Assembly: GCA_035656275.1 (NCBI GenBank)
Contig: DASRSW010000076.1
Coordinates: 12,740-76,739 of the forward strand
Length of the DNA stretch: 64,000 nt
DNA from: Thermoplasmata archaeon
GTDB taxonomy: Archaea; Thermoplasmatota; Thermoplasmata; Lutacidiplasmatales; UBA184
Direction: 5' to 3'
Under the pieces are notes generated by a model, which was given only the letters and a program-made list of their open reading frames with translations, ran no database searches and was not told the origin of the DNA. The translations under genes were made by a program, and so were the position numbers. Shown one piece after another: positions 45,359 through 54,460 of this stretch (the stretch's first letter is position 1; each line of letters starts with the position of its first letter).

Positions 45359-46087
45359 TTACGGCGGCGACTTCGGTTCCTTCGGTGGGAGATTCGCCTT
45401 GGCCATAGTCTCGTTCAACTGGCGGAGTCGGCGGGAGAGCATTGCGGCCGTCGCAATCATGCCCGCGGCCAAGGCCACCATCGAGGCGAGGAAGACGATG
45501 GCGACGATCAACCCGACCTGAAGGAGCCCGCTCGGGAGGGAGAAGCCATTGCTGCCGTTCCCGTTGTTGTTCCCGCTCCCGCCATTGTTCCCGTTCCCGC
45601 CGGTACCGCCATTCGAGTTGACGGTCAAGAACCCCGTTGCCGACGCGGTCTGGCGGGGCGAGGAGCTATCGAGGACGGCCAGGGAGATCGAGTAGCTCCC
45701 CGAGGAGGACGGATGGCAGAGGAACGTGAACTGAGTACTGGGACTCGTCACCGGCACGCTGGGGGGCGCGCAGCCGGGAGGAGTGGTGTTGAACCAGAGG
45801 TAGTAAGGCGCGGTCCCCCCGTTGAGCAGTACGGACCCGTTGGATTGGGATCCGAGCGAAATCGTCCCCGGCTGAAAGGTGAACCCAGTAACGCTCAGCG
45901 GCGGCGGTGGAGCCACGGCGATCGTTGCAGGAGCGATCGACCCTCCCCGCACGGGCCCCGCGAGTCCCGAGAGCGACGCGACGAAGAGGAGCGTCGTCGC
46001 GAAAACGATCGGGAAGAGTGGCTTCGCCTTCAGCCGACTCGAAGGAAGTCGCAACACAACAAAAACTGGAGGGTGGCGGTATTTCAA
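45359..46087 (-). CDS. Surface protein with one Cys-bracketed Ig-like repeat, a Gly/Asn-rich linker, a TM anchor and a cytoplasmic tail
   Basis: Track ORF of 242 aa. Elements are GGTAPYYLWFNTTPPGCAPP...FLCHPSSSGSYSISLAVLD, NSNGGTGGNGNNGGSGNNNGNGSNG and the TM LLQVGLIVAIVFLASMVALAAGMI. Confidence 0.75.
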   Translation of the reverse strand: MKYRHPPVFVVLRLPSSRLKAKPLFPIVFATTLLFVASLSGLAGPVRGGSIAPATIAVAPPPPLSVTGFTFQPGTISLGSQSNGSVLLNGGTAPYYLWFNTTPPGCAPPSVPVTSPSTQFTFLCHPSSSGSYSISLAVLDSSSPRQTASATGFLTVNSNGGTGGNGNNGGSGNNNGNGSNGFSLPSGLLQVGLIVAIVFLASMVALAAGMIATAAMLSRRLRQLNETMAKANLPPKEPKSPP

Positions 46088-46230
46088 TGTTCGGAAAGCC
46101 CGATTTCACCTGCCGCCTACCCCCCCATGCCGGCGGTCCAAGACCGCGCCGTGCCTCGGGGGAACCCAGGTTCGTCGTGGCATGGCTTGGGGCGGCGACC
46201 AGTTTTCCGCCCGGGTGGCCTGGCCGGCTG

Positions 46231-46602
46231 ATGGTGCCCGGGCCCGTCTCGATGTACTTCGATGCGGGTTGCGGTCCCTGCGCTTTCTGGGCCCACCTGA
46301 CCCGAGGGTTACGGCCGGGACGCCTCGACGCGTTTGCCCTCGAGTCCCCGGAAGCCGACCATACCCTCGTCGGCCTTCCGCCCGAAATCCGGCACGGCTA
46401 CTTTCACATCCTGGAGGGGGGCCGACTCTGGACCGGGCCAGATGCGATGCCGGTGTGGGTAGGCCTAATCGGGGGTCCCAACGCTCGCCGCATCGCAGAA
46501 CAGGTCGGACCGGTCAATCACTCCTTACGGTTCGTCTACAACCTGTTCTGGGAGTATCGTCGAACCCGTGGATGCGCCGCCGATTCGATTTCCCACGCGT
46601 GA
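46231..46602 (+). CDS. DCC-family thiol-disulfide oxidoreductase (DUF393-like)
   Basis: Track ORF 45907..46602, with the ATG at 46231. The N-terminus reads VSMYFDAGCGPCAFWA, containing a CxxC motif. Confidence 0.6.
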   Translation: MVPGPVSMYFDAGCGPCAFWAHLTRGLRPGRLDAFALESPEADHTLVGLPPEIRHGYFHILEGGRLWTGPDAMPVWVGLIGGPNARRIAEQVGPVNHSLRFVYNLFWEYRRTRGCAADSISHA

Positions 46603-47074
46603 CCCGCGCGCCACGCTCGTGGCGGGGCTGTTGGGCGGCGTGCTGGGCACGTCAGTGATGATCGTGCTCGGCGTCGTGAGCGAGTGGGCGTCCGGAGTAC
46701 CCCCCCGCCAGCTGGGGATGATACTGGAACTTGGATTTGGTGGGCCCCTGTCCACCTTGGGCTCGTTCGGTCCCGCGACCGTCCTCCCCCTCCACTACGT
46801 GCACGGAGCGCTCCTGGGGGTGCTCCTGAGCGTCCTGATCATGGCGACGAGTCGGACGCGATTCGCCGACCGACTCCCGGATTGGGTAACGGGTCTCGCC
46901 TTCGGCGCGGTCATCTCGCCCGTCGTCCTGGCCCTGCTCGTGGCCTCGGTCACCCTCTTCCTCACGCCAGGGTTGGTGGGCCTGGTCTTTCTCTTGCACC
47001 TCGGCTTCGGAGGCACGGTGGGAGGGGTGGTCCAAGGGCTGCGGGGCCCGTGCATCGGCCAAGGTCCTCGTTGA
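46568..47074 (+). CDS. Hypothetical polytopic membrane protein
   Basis: Track ORF of 168 aa with 4 hydrophobic segments. Confidence 0.55.
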   Translation: MDAPPIRFPTRDPRATLVAGLLGGVLGTSVMIVLGVVSEWASGVPPRQLGMILELGFGGPLSTLGSFGPATVLPLHYVHGALLGVLLSVLIMATSRTRFADRLPDWVTGLAFGAVISPVVLALLVASVTLFLTPGLVGLVFLLHLGFGGTVGGVVQGLRGPCIGQGPR

Positions 47075-47151
47075 ACCCGGACCGCCGTAACCGAGTCGGG
47101 CGCGGAATGGAAAGGACCGGACCCAGGGGGTGGCGGAAATCGGGGCGGGGT

Positions 47152-47370
47152 TCAGGGGGAGGCTCGAGCCGGGTGCAACCCAAGATAGCGTCGGCCCAAC
47201 CCCCAGCCGATCATGCCCCCGAGGACGCCGCCCACCAGCGCGCCGAGGACGAGGTCTTCGAGTGCCGAAAGGAGCACGCTCAAATCGAGAAAGTCGAGCT
47301 GCTGCGCCAACAGCACCACCACAAGTCCTAGTACTATCCCGCACCCGGCGCCGTGAAGCGCAGAGCTCAT
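47152..47370 (-). CDS. Small Gly-zipper membrane protein (72 aa)
   Basis: This is the C-terminal part of track ORF 47152..47688. The ATG at 47370 overlaps the TGA of the upstream gene (ATGA, 47367-47370). The product is MSSALHGAGCGIVLGLVVVLLA...GALVGGVLGGMIGWGLG. Confidence 0.5.
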   Translation of the reverse strand: MSSALHGAGCGIVLGLVVVLLAQQLDFLDLSVLLSALEDLVLGALVGGVLGGMIGWGLGRRYLGLHPARASP

Positions 47371-48113
47371 GGGTCCTCCTCCGACGCCGGCAACCCGGTT
47401 TCCTTGGCCACCGGAGGCGCCTCGGCTCCTCCTCCTGGAGTCGCGGGACGGACGGTCGGAGTAGCGGAGGGAACGACGGCGCTTTCCCGCCCCGAGCGCG
47501 CGAGGGAGTACCCTTCCACCGCCCCAATGATCAGGAGCAGGAGGGGGATGACCGCCCCCACCGCCGCGAGGGCGGTGACGCGGAGGAAGAACTGTTCGTT
47601 CCACATGGTGGTACCGTTCGGCGCGATCAGGCTGGCGACCATCGTGTAGCTCCCGGCCACGAGATAGTGAAGGAGGCCCGGATCCCACGCCATGTCGAAG
47701 GAGCCGTTGACCGCGAGCTGAGGCCCCGAGTCGACCACGTCCCGCGTTGTGAGCGCGGTCCCGAAGTAGACGAATTGGAGCCGTGCCACACTGATGTTGA
47801 ACTTGGGGACGAACCCTCCCTGGCCGGCAATCCCGATGGAGCTCCAGGTGTACCGCACGTCCACGACCGAGGCAAATCCGGTCCCGATCGCAGAGGACAT
47901 CGTGCTCGCCGTACTCGTTTCGATCCCATTCCAGGTCACGTCGCCCAGGAGGCTGCCGTCGACGGTGCCGACGAGGTCGCCGGCGCTCGACGAAACGTGG
48001 ACGGGGGAGGGGGGAGGAGATGCGGGGTCTTCACCGGCCGCTAGCGATGTCAGGAAGAGTACCCCCAAGATGGCAGCCGCCGCCCAACGGATCCGGCGAG
48101 TCGCGTCCTTCAT
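47367..48113 (-). CDS. Secreted hypothetical protein with a signal peptide and a C-terminal TM anchor
   Basis: Track ORF of 248 aa. The signal is RWAAAAILGVLFLTSLAAG and the C-terminal TM is ALAAVGAVIPLLLLIIGAV. Confidence 0.7.
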   Translation of the reverse strand: MKDATRRIRWAAAAILGVLFLTSLAAGEDPASPPPSPVHVSSSAGDLVGTVDGSLLGDVTWNGIETSTASTMSSAIGTGFASVVDVRYTWSSIGIAGQGGFVPKFNISVARLQFVYFGTALTTRDVVDSGPQLAVNGSFDMAWDPGLLHYLVAGSYTMVASLIAPNGTTMWNEQFFLRVTALAAVGAVIPLLLLIIGAVEGYSLARSGRESAVVPSATPTVRPATPGGGAEAPPVAKETGLPASEEDP

Positions 48114-48313
48114 CGCCGCGACCGGTTATGGAGTCCGTGCCTAATGAACCAACATCCTCCATCGGGCCGGCTCATCCTCGGCCGGAATGCCCGTCGTCGA
48201 CTCTCGCCACTTCGCCCCAATTCGCCGCACGTTCGCCCTGAGCGGCGAGCACGGAGCTTGGACCTCCGCCGGAATCCTCCCGCGCTGGCAGCGTCGGGCG
48301 CGCCTTCGGCCGC

Positions 48314-51049
48314 TTAGCGAGCGAGGTGGTCGACGATGTACGGCAACAGGCCTCCGGAGCGATAGTACTCGAGCTCCGGCTCCCGGTCGATCCGCGAACG
48401 GACCCGGAACCGGGTTTCCTTCCCCGCGGGGTCCCGTGCAACTACCTCGAGTTCCACCCTGGGGGTGAACTGGGTGCCCGGAGCCAGGCGCAGCGAGAAC
48501 GTCTCTGACCCTCGCAGACCGAGCGAGGCCGCACTCTCTCCGGGGAGGAACTCGAGCGGCAGCACCCCCATCCCGACGAGGTTGCTGCGATGGATGCGTT
48601 CAAAGCTCTCGGCGATGACGGCGCTCACACCCAGGAGCCGGGGGCCCTTTGCGGCCCAGTCGCGCGAGCTCCCCTGACCGTAGCTCTTCCCCGCGAGGAC
48701 GATCAGCGGGACCCGTTCGCGACGATACTGCTCCGCCGCCTCGAAGATGGGCCTCCGTTCTCCTCCCGGGAAATGGGTCGTGAATCCACCCTCCTGGGGG
48801 GCGACCAATCGATTCTTCAGCCGCACGTTCGCGAACGTCCCCCGGATCATCACCTCATGATTGCCCCGGCGGGTGCCGTAGGTGTTGAACTCCTCCGGAG
48901 CGACCCCGTGGGCGATCAGGTAAGCTCCCGCCGGACTGTCGGCGGGAATCTCCCCCGCGGGGGAGATATGGTCGGTCGAAACCCGGTCACCGAGGACCGC
49001 CAGCACGCGGGCCCCCTCCAGGACGATGTCGCCCTGGGGAAGCGCGGGGGCCGGGAGGTCGAAGTAGGGGGGCTCGCGCAGGTAGGTCGAAGCGGCGTCC
49101 CATGGGTAGACCTTACCGGGGGGGACCGCCATGCCGTTCCAGTGTGGGCCCCCGTCCAGAATGGAGGCGTACTTCTCCCGGAACATCGCGGGTTCGAGGG
49201 AACGGTCCACAATGCCCCGAATCTCTTCCGCACTGGGCCACAGCTCGCGGAGGAGCACCGGTTGTCCTTTCGCGTCGATGCCCAGGGGATCGCGGGTCAG
49301 ATCCAGGTCCATGCGTCCCGCGAGCCCGTACGCCACGACCAGCATCGGAGACATGAGGAAGTTCGCCCGCACGAGATTGTGGATCCGGGCCTCGAAGTTC
49401 CGGTTCCCGCTCAGCACGGCCGACACGTAGAGGTCCCGTCGCTTGACCGCCTCCTCGACGGGCGGAGGGAGCGGGCCCGAGTTCCCGATGCACGTCGTGC
49501 ACCCGAACCCGACCACCGCGAACCCCATGGCCTCGAGGGGAGCCAAGAGACCGGCCCGGCCGAGATAGTCGGTGACGACCTTCGAGCCCGGGGCGAGCGA
49601 GGTCTTGACGTGCGGGGGGACCTTGAGTCCGCGCTCGTGCGCCCGTTTCGCGATGAGACCGGCGCCCACCATGACGGAGGGGTTGGACGTGTTCGTGCAA
49701 CTCGTGATGGCGGCGATAACGACCGACCCGTCAGCGACGGTGGTGGCGGCGAGCGTTCCCCCGGAAGGACCGGTATGCGCGATCCCCTGCAGCGGGTCGT
49801 CGGCGGGATAGGTGTGCCCGCCGTTGGGCGGCGGTATGGGTGGGTGCGACTTCCGATAGCTCTCCAGGGATCGTCGGAACGTGGGGGCGGCCTCCGACAG
49901 GGCAACGCTCTCCTCCGGGTTCCCCGGGCCGGCGATGGTCGGGACTATGGACCCGAGGTCGACCTCGAGTTGCTCGTCGTAGTCCATGGGCCGGTGGTCG
50001 TTCCAAAGTCCCTCCTGCTTCGCGTAGGCCTCGACGAGCGCCACCTCCTCCTCGGCACGGTTCGTCCCACGGAGGTACGCGAGCGTGGCCTCGTCGACGG
50101 GGAAGAGGGCGGACGTGGCCCCATATTCGGGGCACATGTTGGAAATGGTCGCCCGGTCGGGCACCGAGAGGGCGGAAAGCCCGGGGCCGAAGAACTCGAC
50201 GAACTTGTCGACCACGCCATGCTCCCGGAGCTTCCGGGTCACGGTCAATACGAGGTCGGTTGCGGTGGTTCCCTCGGGTAGTCGACCCGAAAGACGGACA
50301 CCCACGACCTTCGGCGTGGGGAGGAAGTACGGCTCGCCGAGCATCGCCGCCTCCGCTTCGATCCCGCCCACACCCCAGCCGAGAACGCCGAGGCCGTTGA
50401 CCATCGTCGTGTGTGAGTCGGTCCCGAGGAGCGTGTCCGGAAATGCGATCGGCTTCCCCGCGCGCTCGCCGCGCGTCACGACGCTCGCGAGGTACTCCAG
50501 GTTCACCTGATGGACGATGCCATTCCCGGGCGGGATGACCCGGACCCGGTCGAAGGCGGACTGGGACCAGCGAAGAAGCCCGTAGCGCTCTCCGTTCCGG
50601 GCGTACTCGCGGTCCAGGTTCACGAAGAGGGAGCGGGAGGAGCCGTAGCTGTCGACCTGGACGGAGTGGTCGACGACGAGGTCAACGGGGACTTTCGGAT
50701 TGATCCGGCTCGGGTCGAGCTTGCGCCGCTCCGCCGCGGAGCGCAGCGCCGTCAGATCCACGATGACCGGGACGCCGGTGAAGTCCTGGAGGAGGATCCG
50801 CTCCGGGTGAAACGGAAGTTCGACGTCGTGGAGGGGCTCCCCGTGCGCCAATCGAAGCAGGAGCTCGGGGGCAACGTGGTCCTCCCCCCCGTGACGGAGC
50901 ATGTTCTCGAGGAGGATGCGGATCGTCCGGGGCCGTCGGGAAAGCCGGGCCGGGTCCACGGAGGGGAGGTGAGAGGCAGAGTAGACGCGAAGCAGGAGGT
51001 TTCCGCTTTCCAGCCGGTCGGTAACGCCGTAGGGGTCTTGGGAATCCAT
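48314..51049 (-). CDS. acnA: Aconitate hydratase (aconitase A type)
   Basis: Track ORF of 911 aa. Fe-S ligand contexts are GTDSHTTM and GCTTCIGNSG, and the swivel domain contains GSSRDWAAKG. Confidence 0.95.
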   Translation of the reverse strand: MDSQDPYGVTDRLESGNLLLRVYSASHLPSVDPARLSRRPRTIRILLENMLRHGGEDHVAPELLLRLAHGEPLHDVELPFHPERILLQDFTGVPVIVDLTALRSAAERRKLDPSRINPKVPVDLVVDHSVQVDSYGSSRSLFVNLDREYARNGERYGLLRWSQSAFDRVRVIPPGNGIVHQVNLEYLASVVTRGERAGKPIAFPDTLLGTDSHTTMVNGLGVLGWGVGGIEAEAAMLGEPYFLPTPKVVGVRLSGRLPEGTTATDLVLTVTRKLREHGVVDKFVEFFGPGLSALSVPDRATISNMCPEYGATSALFPVDEATLAYLRGTNRAEEEVALVEAYAKQEGLWNDHRPMDYDEQLEVDLGSIVPTIAGPGNPEESVALSEAAPTFRRSLESYRKSHPPIPPPNGGHTYPADDPLQGIAHTGPSGGTLAATTVADGSVVIAAITSCTNTSNPSVMVGAGLIAKRAHERGLKVPPHVKTSLAPGSKVVTDYLGRAGLLAPLEAMGFAVVGFGCTTCIGNSGPLPPPVEEAVKRRDLYVSAVLSGNRNFEARIHNLVRANFLMSPMLVVAYGLAGRMDLDLTRDPLGIDAKGQPVLLRELWPSAEEIRGIVDRSLEPAMFREKYASILDGGPHWNGMAVPPGKVYPWDAASTYLREPPYFDLPAPALPQGDIVLEGARVLAVLGDRVSTDHISPAGEIPADSPAGAYLIAHGVAPEEFNTYGTRRGNHEVMIRGTFANVRLKNRLVAPQEGGFTTHFPGGERRPIFEAAEQYRRERVPLIVLAGKSYGQGSSRDWAAKGPRLLGVSAVIAESFERIHRSNLVGMGVLPLEFLPGESAASLGLRGSETFSLRLAPGTQFTPRVELEVVARDPAGKETRFRVRSRIDREPELEYYRSGGLLPYIVDHLAR

Positions 51050-51290
51050 CGCAGGAGGCGCGTCGGGTCCGACGCGAGGCTGGGTCGAACTCGACCCGGC
51101 TTATGGCAGTTCGCCACTCAGCGGCCGAGCCGACCGGTTCATAGCCCGGGGGCGGCTCGGGGGCGTGACCTCAACCATGTCTCCCTCAAAGACCGCTCCC
51201 AAAGGCCGACGCTTGAGCCGTGCGCCCCGTGCCCCTCCCCATGAGGCGGAGACCGGGTCCCCGCCCGTGACGGCACCGCGGCGAGCGTCA

Positions 51291-51719
51291 ATGGTACAAG
51301 ATCAGGCCGACGACCTGAGTGACGTTTTCGAAGAGTCTCTTCGCCACCTGGTTCTCAGCGGCAATCCCGCGGGTTGGACGGTCGGGCCTGTGCGGGATTT
51401 GCCGCTATCCGCCCTCGTGGCAGGTACCCTCGGCTGGGCCGCGTCCATTGTGGCCCTCGATACCGCGCGCCCCGAGCCCGACTCGCAACCGGTTGGGGAG
51501 GTGCTGCTGCTGATGCTCCCGCGCGCGACGAGCGCTCGACGTCGGCCGAAGGAGCTCCCGGTGAACGGCGCCGAGTGGTCGGAATTTGCGGTTGTAGAGT
51601 ACCATGACGGTCCCCCGCGGTTCCTCCTCCTGGCGCGGGCCGCCCGCCCCATCGTCGCCGAGCCGCTTCGCACGTGGACCCACGAGCTCTATTCGCATCT
51701 CCTGGAAGAGGTCGGCTAG
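51291..51719 (+). CDS. Hypothetical protein upstream of the methyltransferase
   Basis: Track ORF 51165..51719, with the ATG at 51291 (MVQDQADD...) giving 142 aa. No recognisable motif. Confidence 0.45.
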   Translation: MVQDQADDLSDVFEESLRHLVLSGNPAGWTVGPVRDLPLSALVAGTLGWAASIVALDTARPEPDSQPVGEVLLLMLPRATSARRRPKELPVNGAEWSEFAVVEYHDGPPRFLLLARAARPIVAEPLRTWTHELYSHLLEEVG

Positions 51720-53308
51720 GGCCGCCCAAATTGCCAAGGCTTCTTACGGCGAGGGACGTAGGCAACCCCGTGCCTTCGAGCAGCTCCGGCGTCGGTCCCG
51801 TGCTGGACGCCCTCACCGAGACCGGAGCGATCGGGTCCACCCGTCGGCAGATCGCGGACCGGATTCACGGTAGCGAGGAGACCGTGGGCCGATGGCTCAC
51901 CGAGCTCGAACGCGACGGGCGCGCGCTACGGATCGGCCGGGGACTCTGGATCCTGCGGGCCTTCGAGTCTCTGAACGACCGGCACGATTTCCTCGAGCCG
52001 GGATTCTACACGGAACGCTTCGAAGCCGAGTTCGGCCTCAGGGTCGGCCGCTACGCGGGCCCGATCACCTTCTCGCCCAACGAGGAGCTCCCCGTCCATC
52101 GCTGGTGGCCGTACGTCCAGGGGTACTCTGCGGAGTTCGTCGAAGAGCTCCTGCGGCGGAGCGGACTTTCCCCGGGGGCCGGCGTGCTCGACCCGTTCGC
52201 CGGCAGCGGGACGACCCTCGTCGTGGCCCGACAGCAGGGCTGCGCCGCAGTGGGGACCGAGCTCCTGGCGCCCGCCGCGCTGGCGGGCCGGGTCAAAACC
52301 GCCTTCGAGACCTCGCCAGATGCGCTCCGCACCACGGCCCGAACCGTCGTTCACCGCGCCCGACAACGTCGACCGGGTCCGCCGCCGTTCCTCCGCGAGA
52401 CTCGCCAGCACTTTTCGTCCGCCACGCTCGCCGACCTCACCCGCCTGCGCGACGCCCTTCCCGGCGCCCCCGCCCCGGTCCGGGATTCCCTTCGGATCGC
52501 TTTCGGGCGGATTCTGATACCCGTGAGTCGTCTTCGACGCTCCCCGTGCCTCGGGTACCGACCGGGGGACTCTGTCCCGGACGGCGAGGTTTTCGAGAGG
52601 TTCCTCGGGGCGGTGGCCGACATGGCCCACGACCTCCGACTCCTGCAGGCGACCCGCGCCCAATGGGGACCCCCCGCGCGTATCTTCGAGACCGATGCCC
52701 GGAACCTCCCGCTCCGCGACGGCTCCGTCGATCTCGCCGTCACGAGCCCTCCCTACGTCAATGGAATGGACTATGTGATGAACTACAAGCTCGACCTCGC
52801 CTGGCTCGGCTTTGCGCACAGCTACGCCGACCTGCGGCAGCTGAGGGCCTCGCTCGTCGCCTGCGACAACCTGCCGAGAGACGAAGTGAGCGCCTACCGT
52901 GCGGTCGAAAAGGCTCCCGACTCCTGGCTACCCGCCATCCTTCGCCAGATCCAGGAGAACGTCGCCCGGAAGGGGAGTTATCGCCGCGACGATATGCATG
53001 GCGTAGTCCACCGCTACTTTTCTGACCTGGTCCCGGTGCTCCGCGGCGTGTACCGGGCGCTCAAGCCCGGCGGTCGGTTCGTCCTCGTGGTCGGAGATTC
53101 CCTGCTCGCCGGCACGTACGTGCCGGGGGACCTCCTCCTCGCTCGCATGGGGGCGGCGCAGGGGTTCGAGGTCGCCTCGGTCGAGGTCGCCCGAAGCCGT
53201 CGGTCGGGTCAACGTCGGAGCTTCCTCCTCCGGGAGTCCATCGTGACGCTCGAGAAGCCCCGACGCCCTGCGCCGTCCCCCGCCCGCGCTCGCCGCCTCG
53301 ATGGATAG
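51674..53308 (+). CDS. DNA methyltransferase (N6-adenine or N4-cytosine type) with an N-terminal wHTH
   Basis: Track ORF of 544 aa with a GTG start at 51674; a TTG at 51731 would avoid overlap with the upstream gene. The wHTH is IGSTRRQIADRIHGSEETVGRWLTELERDGRAL. AdoMet motif I is DPFAGSGTT (nt 52190-52216) and catalytic motif IV is SPPY (nt 52745-52756). Confidence 0.85.
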   Translation: MDPRALFASPGRGRLGPPKLPRLLTARDVGNPVPSSSSGVGPVLDALTETGAIGSTRRQIADRIHGSEETVGRWLTELERDGRALRIGRGLWILRAFESLNDRHDFLEPGFYTERFEAEFGLRVGRYAGPITFSPNEELPVHRWWPYVQGYSAEFVEELLRRSGLSPGAGVLDPFAGSGTTLVVARQQGCAAVGTELLAPAALAGRVKTAFETSPDALRTTARTVVHRARQRRPGPPPFLRETRQHFSSATLADLTRLRDALPGAPAPVRDSLRIAFGRILIPVSRLRRSPCLGYRPGDSVPDGEVFERFLGAVADMAHDLRLLQATRAQWGPPARIFETDARNLPLRDGSVDLAVTSPPYVNGMDYVMNYKLDLAWLGFAHSYADLRQLRASLVACDNLPRDEVSAYRAVEKAPDSWLPAILRQIQENVARKGSYRRDDMHGVVHRYFSDLVPVLRGVYRALKPGGRFVLVVGDSLLAGTYVPGDLLLARMGAAQGFEVASVEVARSRRSGQRRSFLLRESIVTLEKPRRPAPSPARARRLDG

Positions 53309-53639
53309 CTCTAAACCCCCCCACCCAGCTTTCCTAACCGTCGCGATGTTCTGTCCGTTGTGTGGCCGTGCCATGTCGAGCCCTCCTCGAGTGGCGGTGG
53401 CGTTCCCGATGCACGTCTGCGCGACCGACGGCGTCGTCTATGACCAGCACCGGGCCCAGTGGTACGGGCTCCCTCCGATCGAGGAGCGTCTTTGCTGCCC
53501 GGCCTGCGGTGCGCGGATGGAGCAGGAGCCGAAGGAGCCACCGGCACGCGTCTTCTTCTGCTACCAGTGCGGCACGACGTACGATAAGGCCCGGGGGGCC
53601 TGGTATGGCCTCGCCTACCACGCGGCGCCCGCCCCCTAG
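53301..53639 (+). CDS. Tandem-duplicated zinc-ribbon protein
   Basis: Track ORF of 112 aa that overlaps the MTase stop by 8 nt. The two internal repeats are CPLCG...HVCATDGVVYDQHRAQWYGL and CPACG...FCYQCGTTYDKARGAWYGL. Confidence 0.6.
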   Translation: MDSSKPPHPAFLTVAMFCPLCGRAMSSPPRVAVAFPMHVCATDGVVYDQHRAQWYGLPPIEERLCCPACGARMEQEPKEPPARVFFCYQCGTTYDKARGAWYGLAYHAAPAP

Positions 53640-53707
53640 CCTCGTTTCCACTGGACGAAAACGCTTACCTGACCTCGTGCGGCGATACTCCAGTCCGGAG
53701 CCGACCC

Positions 53708-54451
53708 ATGTCCGATACCGAAGGCGCCCCCCGGTACGTCGAGCCGCTCTTGGGCATCGTCTTTGACCTCGATGGAACCCTCGTCCTGAGCTACCATGAT
53801 TTCGGCCGCATGCGAGGGGAGGTCATCCGGATCGCCGAGCGCCACGGGGTCCCGCCCGGCCATCTGCACCCCTCGGAGCCGATCGCCCGCATCCTCGACG
53901 CCGCGCGGAGCGAACTCACCGCCGCCGGGATCCCGGACGGTTCCATCTTCCGGATGGAGGCCGAGGTCCAGAAGACCATCGATGCGATCGAGCTCGAGGC
54001 GCTCCCGCGCACCGTGCCCCGACCGGGGGCCGCGCGGCTTCTCCGCACGCTGACCGACAAGGGCTACCGGGTCGGGCTGCTCACGCGGAGCTCGGAAGTG
54101 TTCTGCCGGGCCGCGCTCCAAAAGACGGAGCTTCTCCCCTACTTCGGCTACCTTCGCACCCGCAGTGCGGAAGGGCCCGCGAAACCCTCCCCCGAGGCGT
54201 TGCTCCTCCTGTTGAAGGAGATGGAAGTCCCGCGGGACCGGGCGCTGTTCGTCGGCGACCACCAGATGGATGCGGAGTGCGCCATCGGGGCCCGTGTCCT
54301 CTTCTACGGTCTTCTGGACGAACCGCTCGTGGAGGGCGGCATGTCGCTCGAGAAGTTCCAGAACGCCGGTGCCTCCGCCGTGGCCCACTCCCTGGACGAG
54401 CTCGGGGAAATGCTCGGGTTTCCCCGCGCGGCCGCGGCGATCCCCCACTGA
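53708..54451 (+). CDS. HAD-superfamily hydrolase (phosphoglycolate-phosphatase-like)
   Basis: Track ORF of 247 aa. Motif I is FDLDGTLV, motif II is LLTRSS, and motifs III/IV are K...FVGDHQMD. Confidence 0.85.
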   Translation: MSDTEGAPRYVEPLLGIVFDLDGTLVLSYHDFGRMRGEVIRIAERHGVPPGHLHPSEPIARILDAARSELTAAGIPDGSIFRMEAEVQKTIDAIELEALPRTVPRPGAARLLRTLTDKGYRVGLLTRSSEVFCRAALQKTELLPYFGYLRTRSAEGPAKPSPEALLLLLKEMEVPRDRALFVGDHQMDAECAIGARVLFYGLLDEPLVEGGMSLEKFQNAGASAVAHSLDELGEMLGFPRAAAAIPH

Positions 54452-54460
54452 CGTTCCCGG

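Noticed and set aside
48590-50281. A 563-aa ORF antisense to aconitase, with several other 100-200-aa ORFs overlapping acnA
   Set aside because: Same GC artefact. The acnA frame carries the diagnostic Fe-S and substrate motifs, and the antisense products have no motif and a skewed composition.
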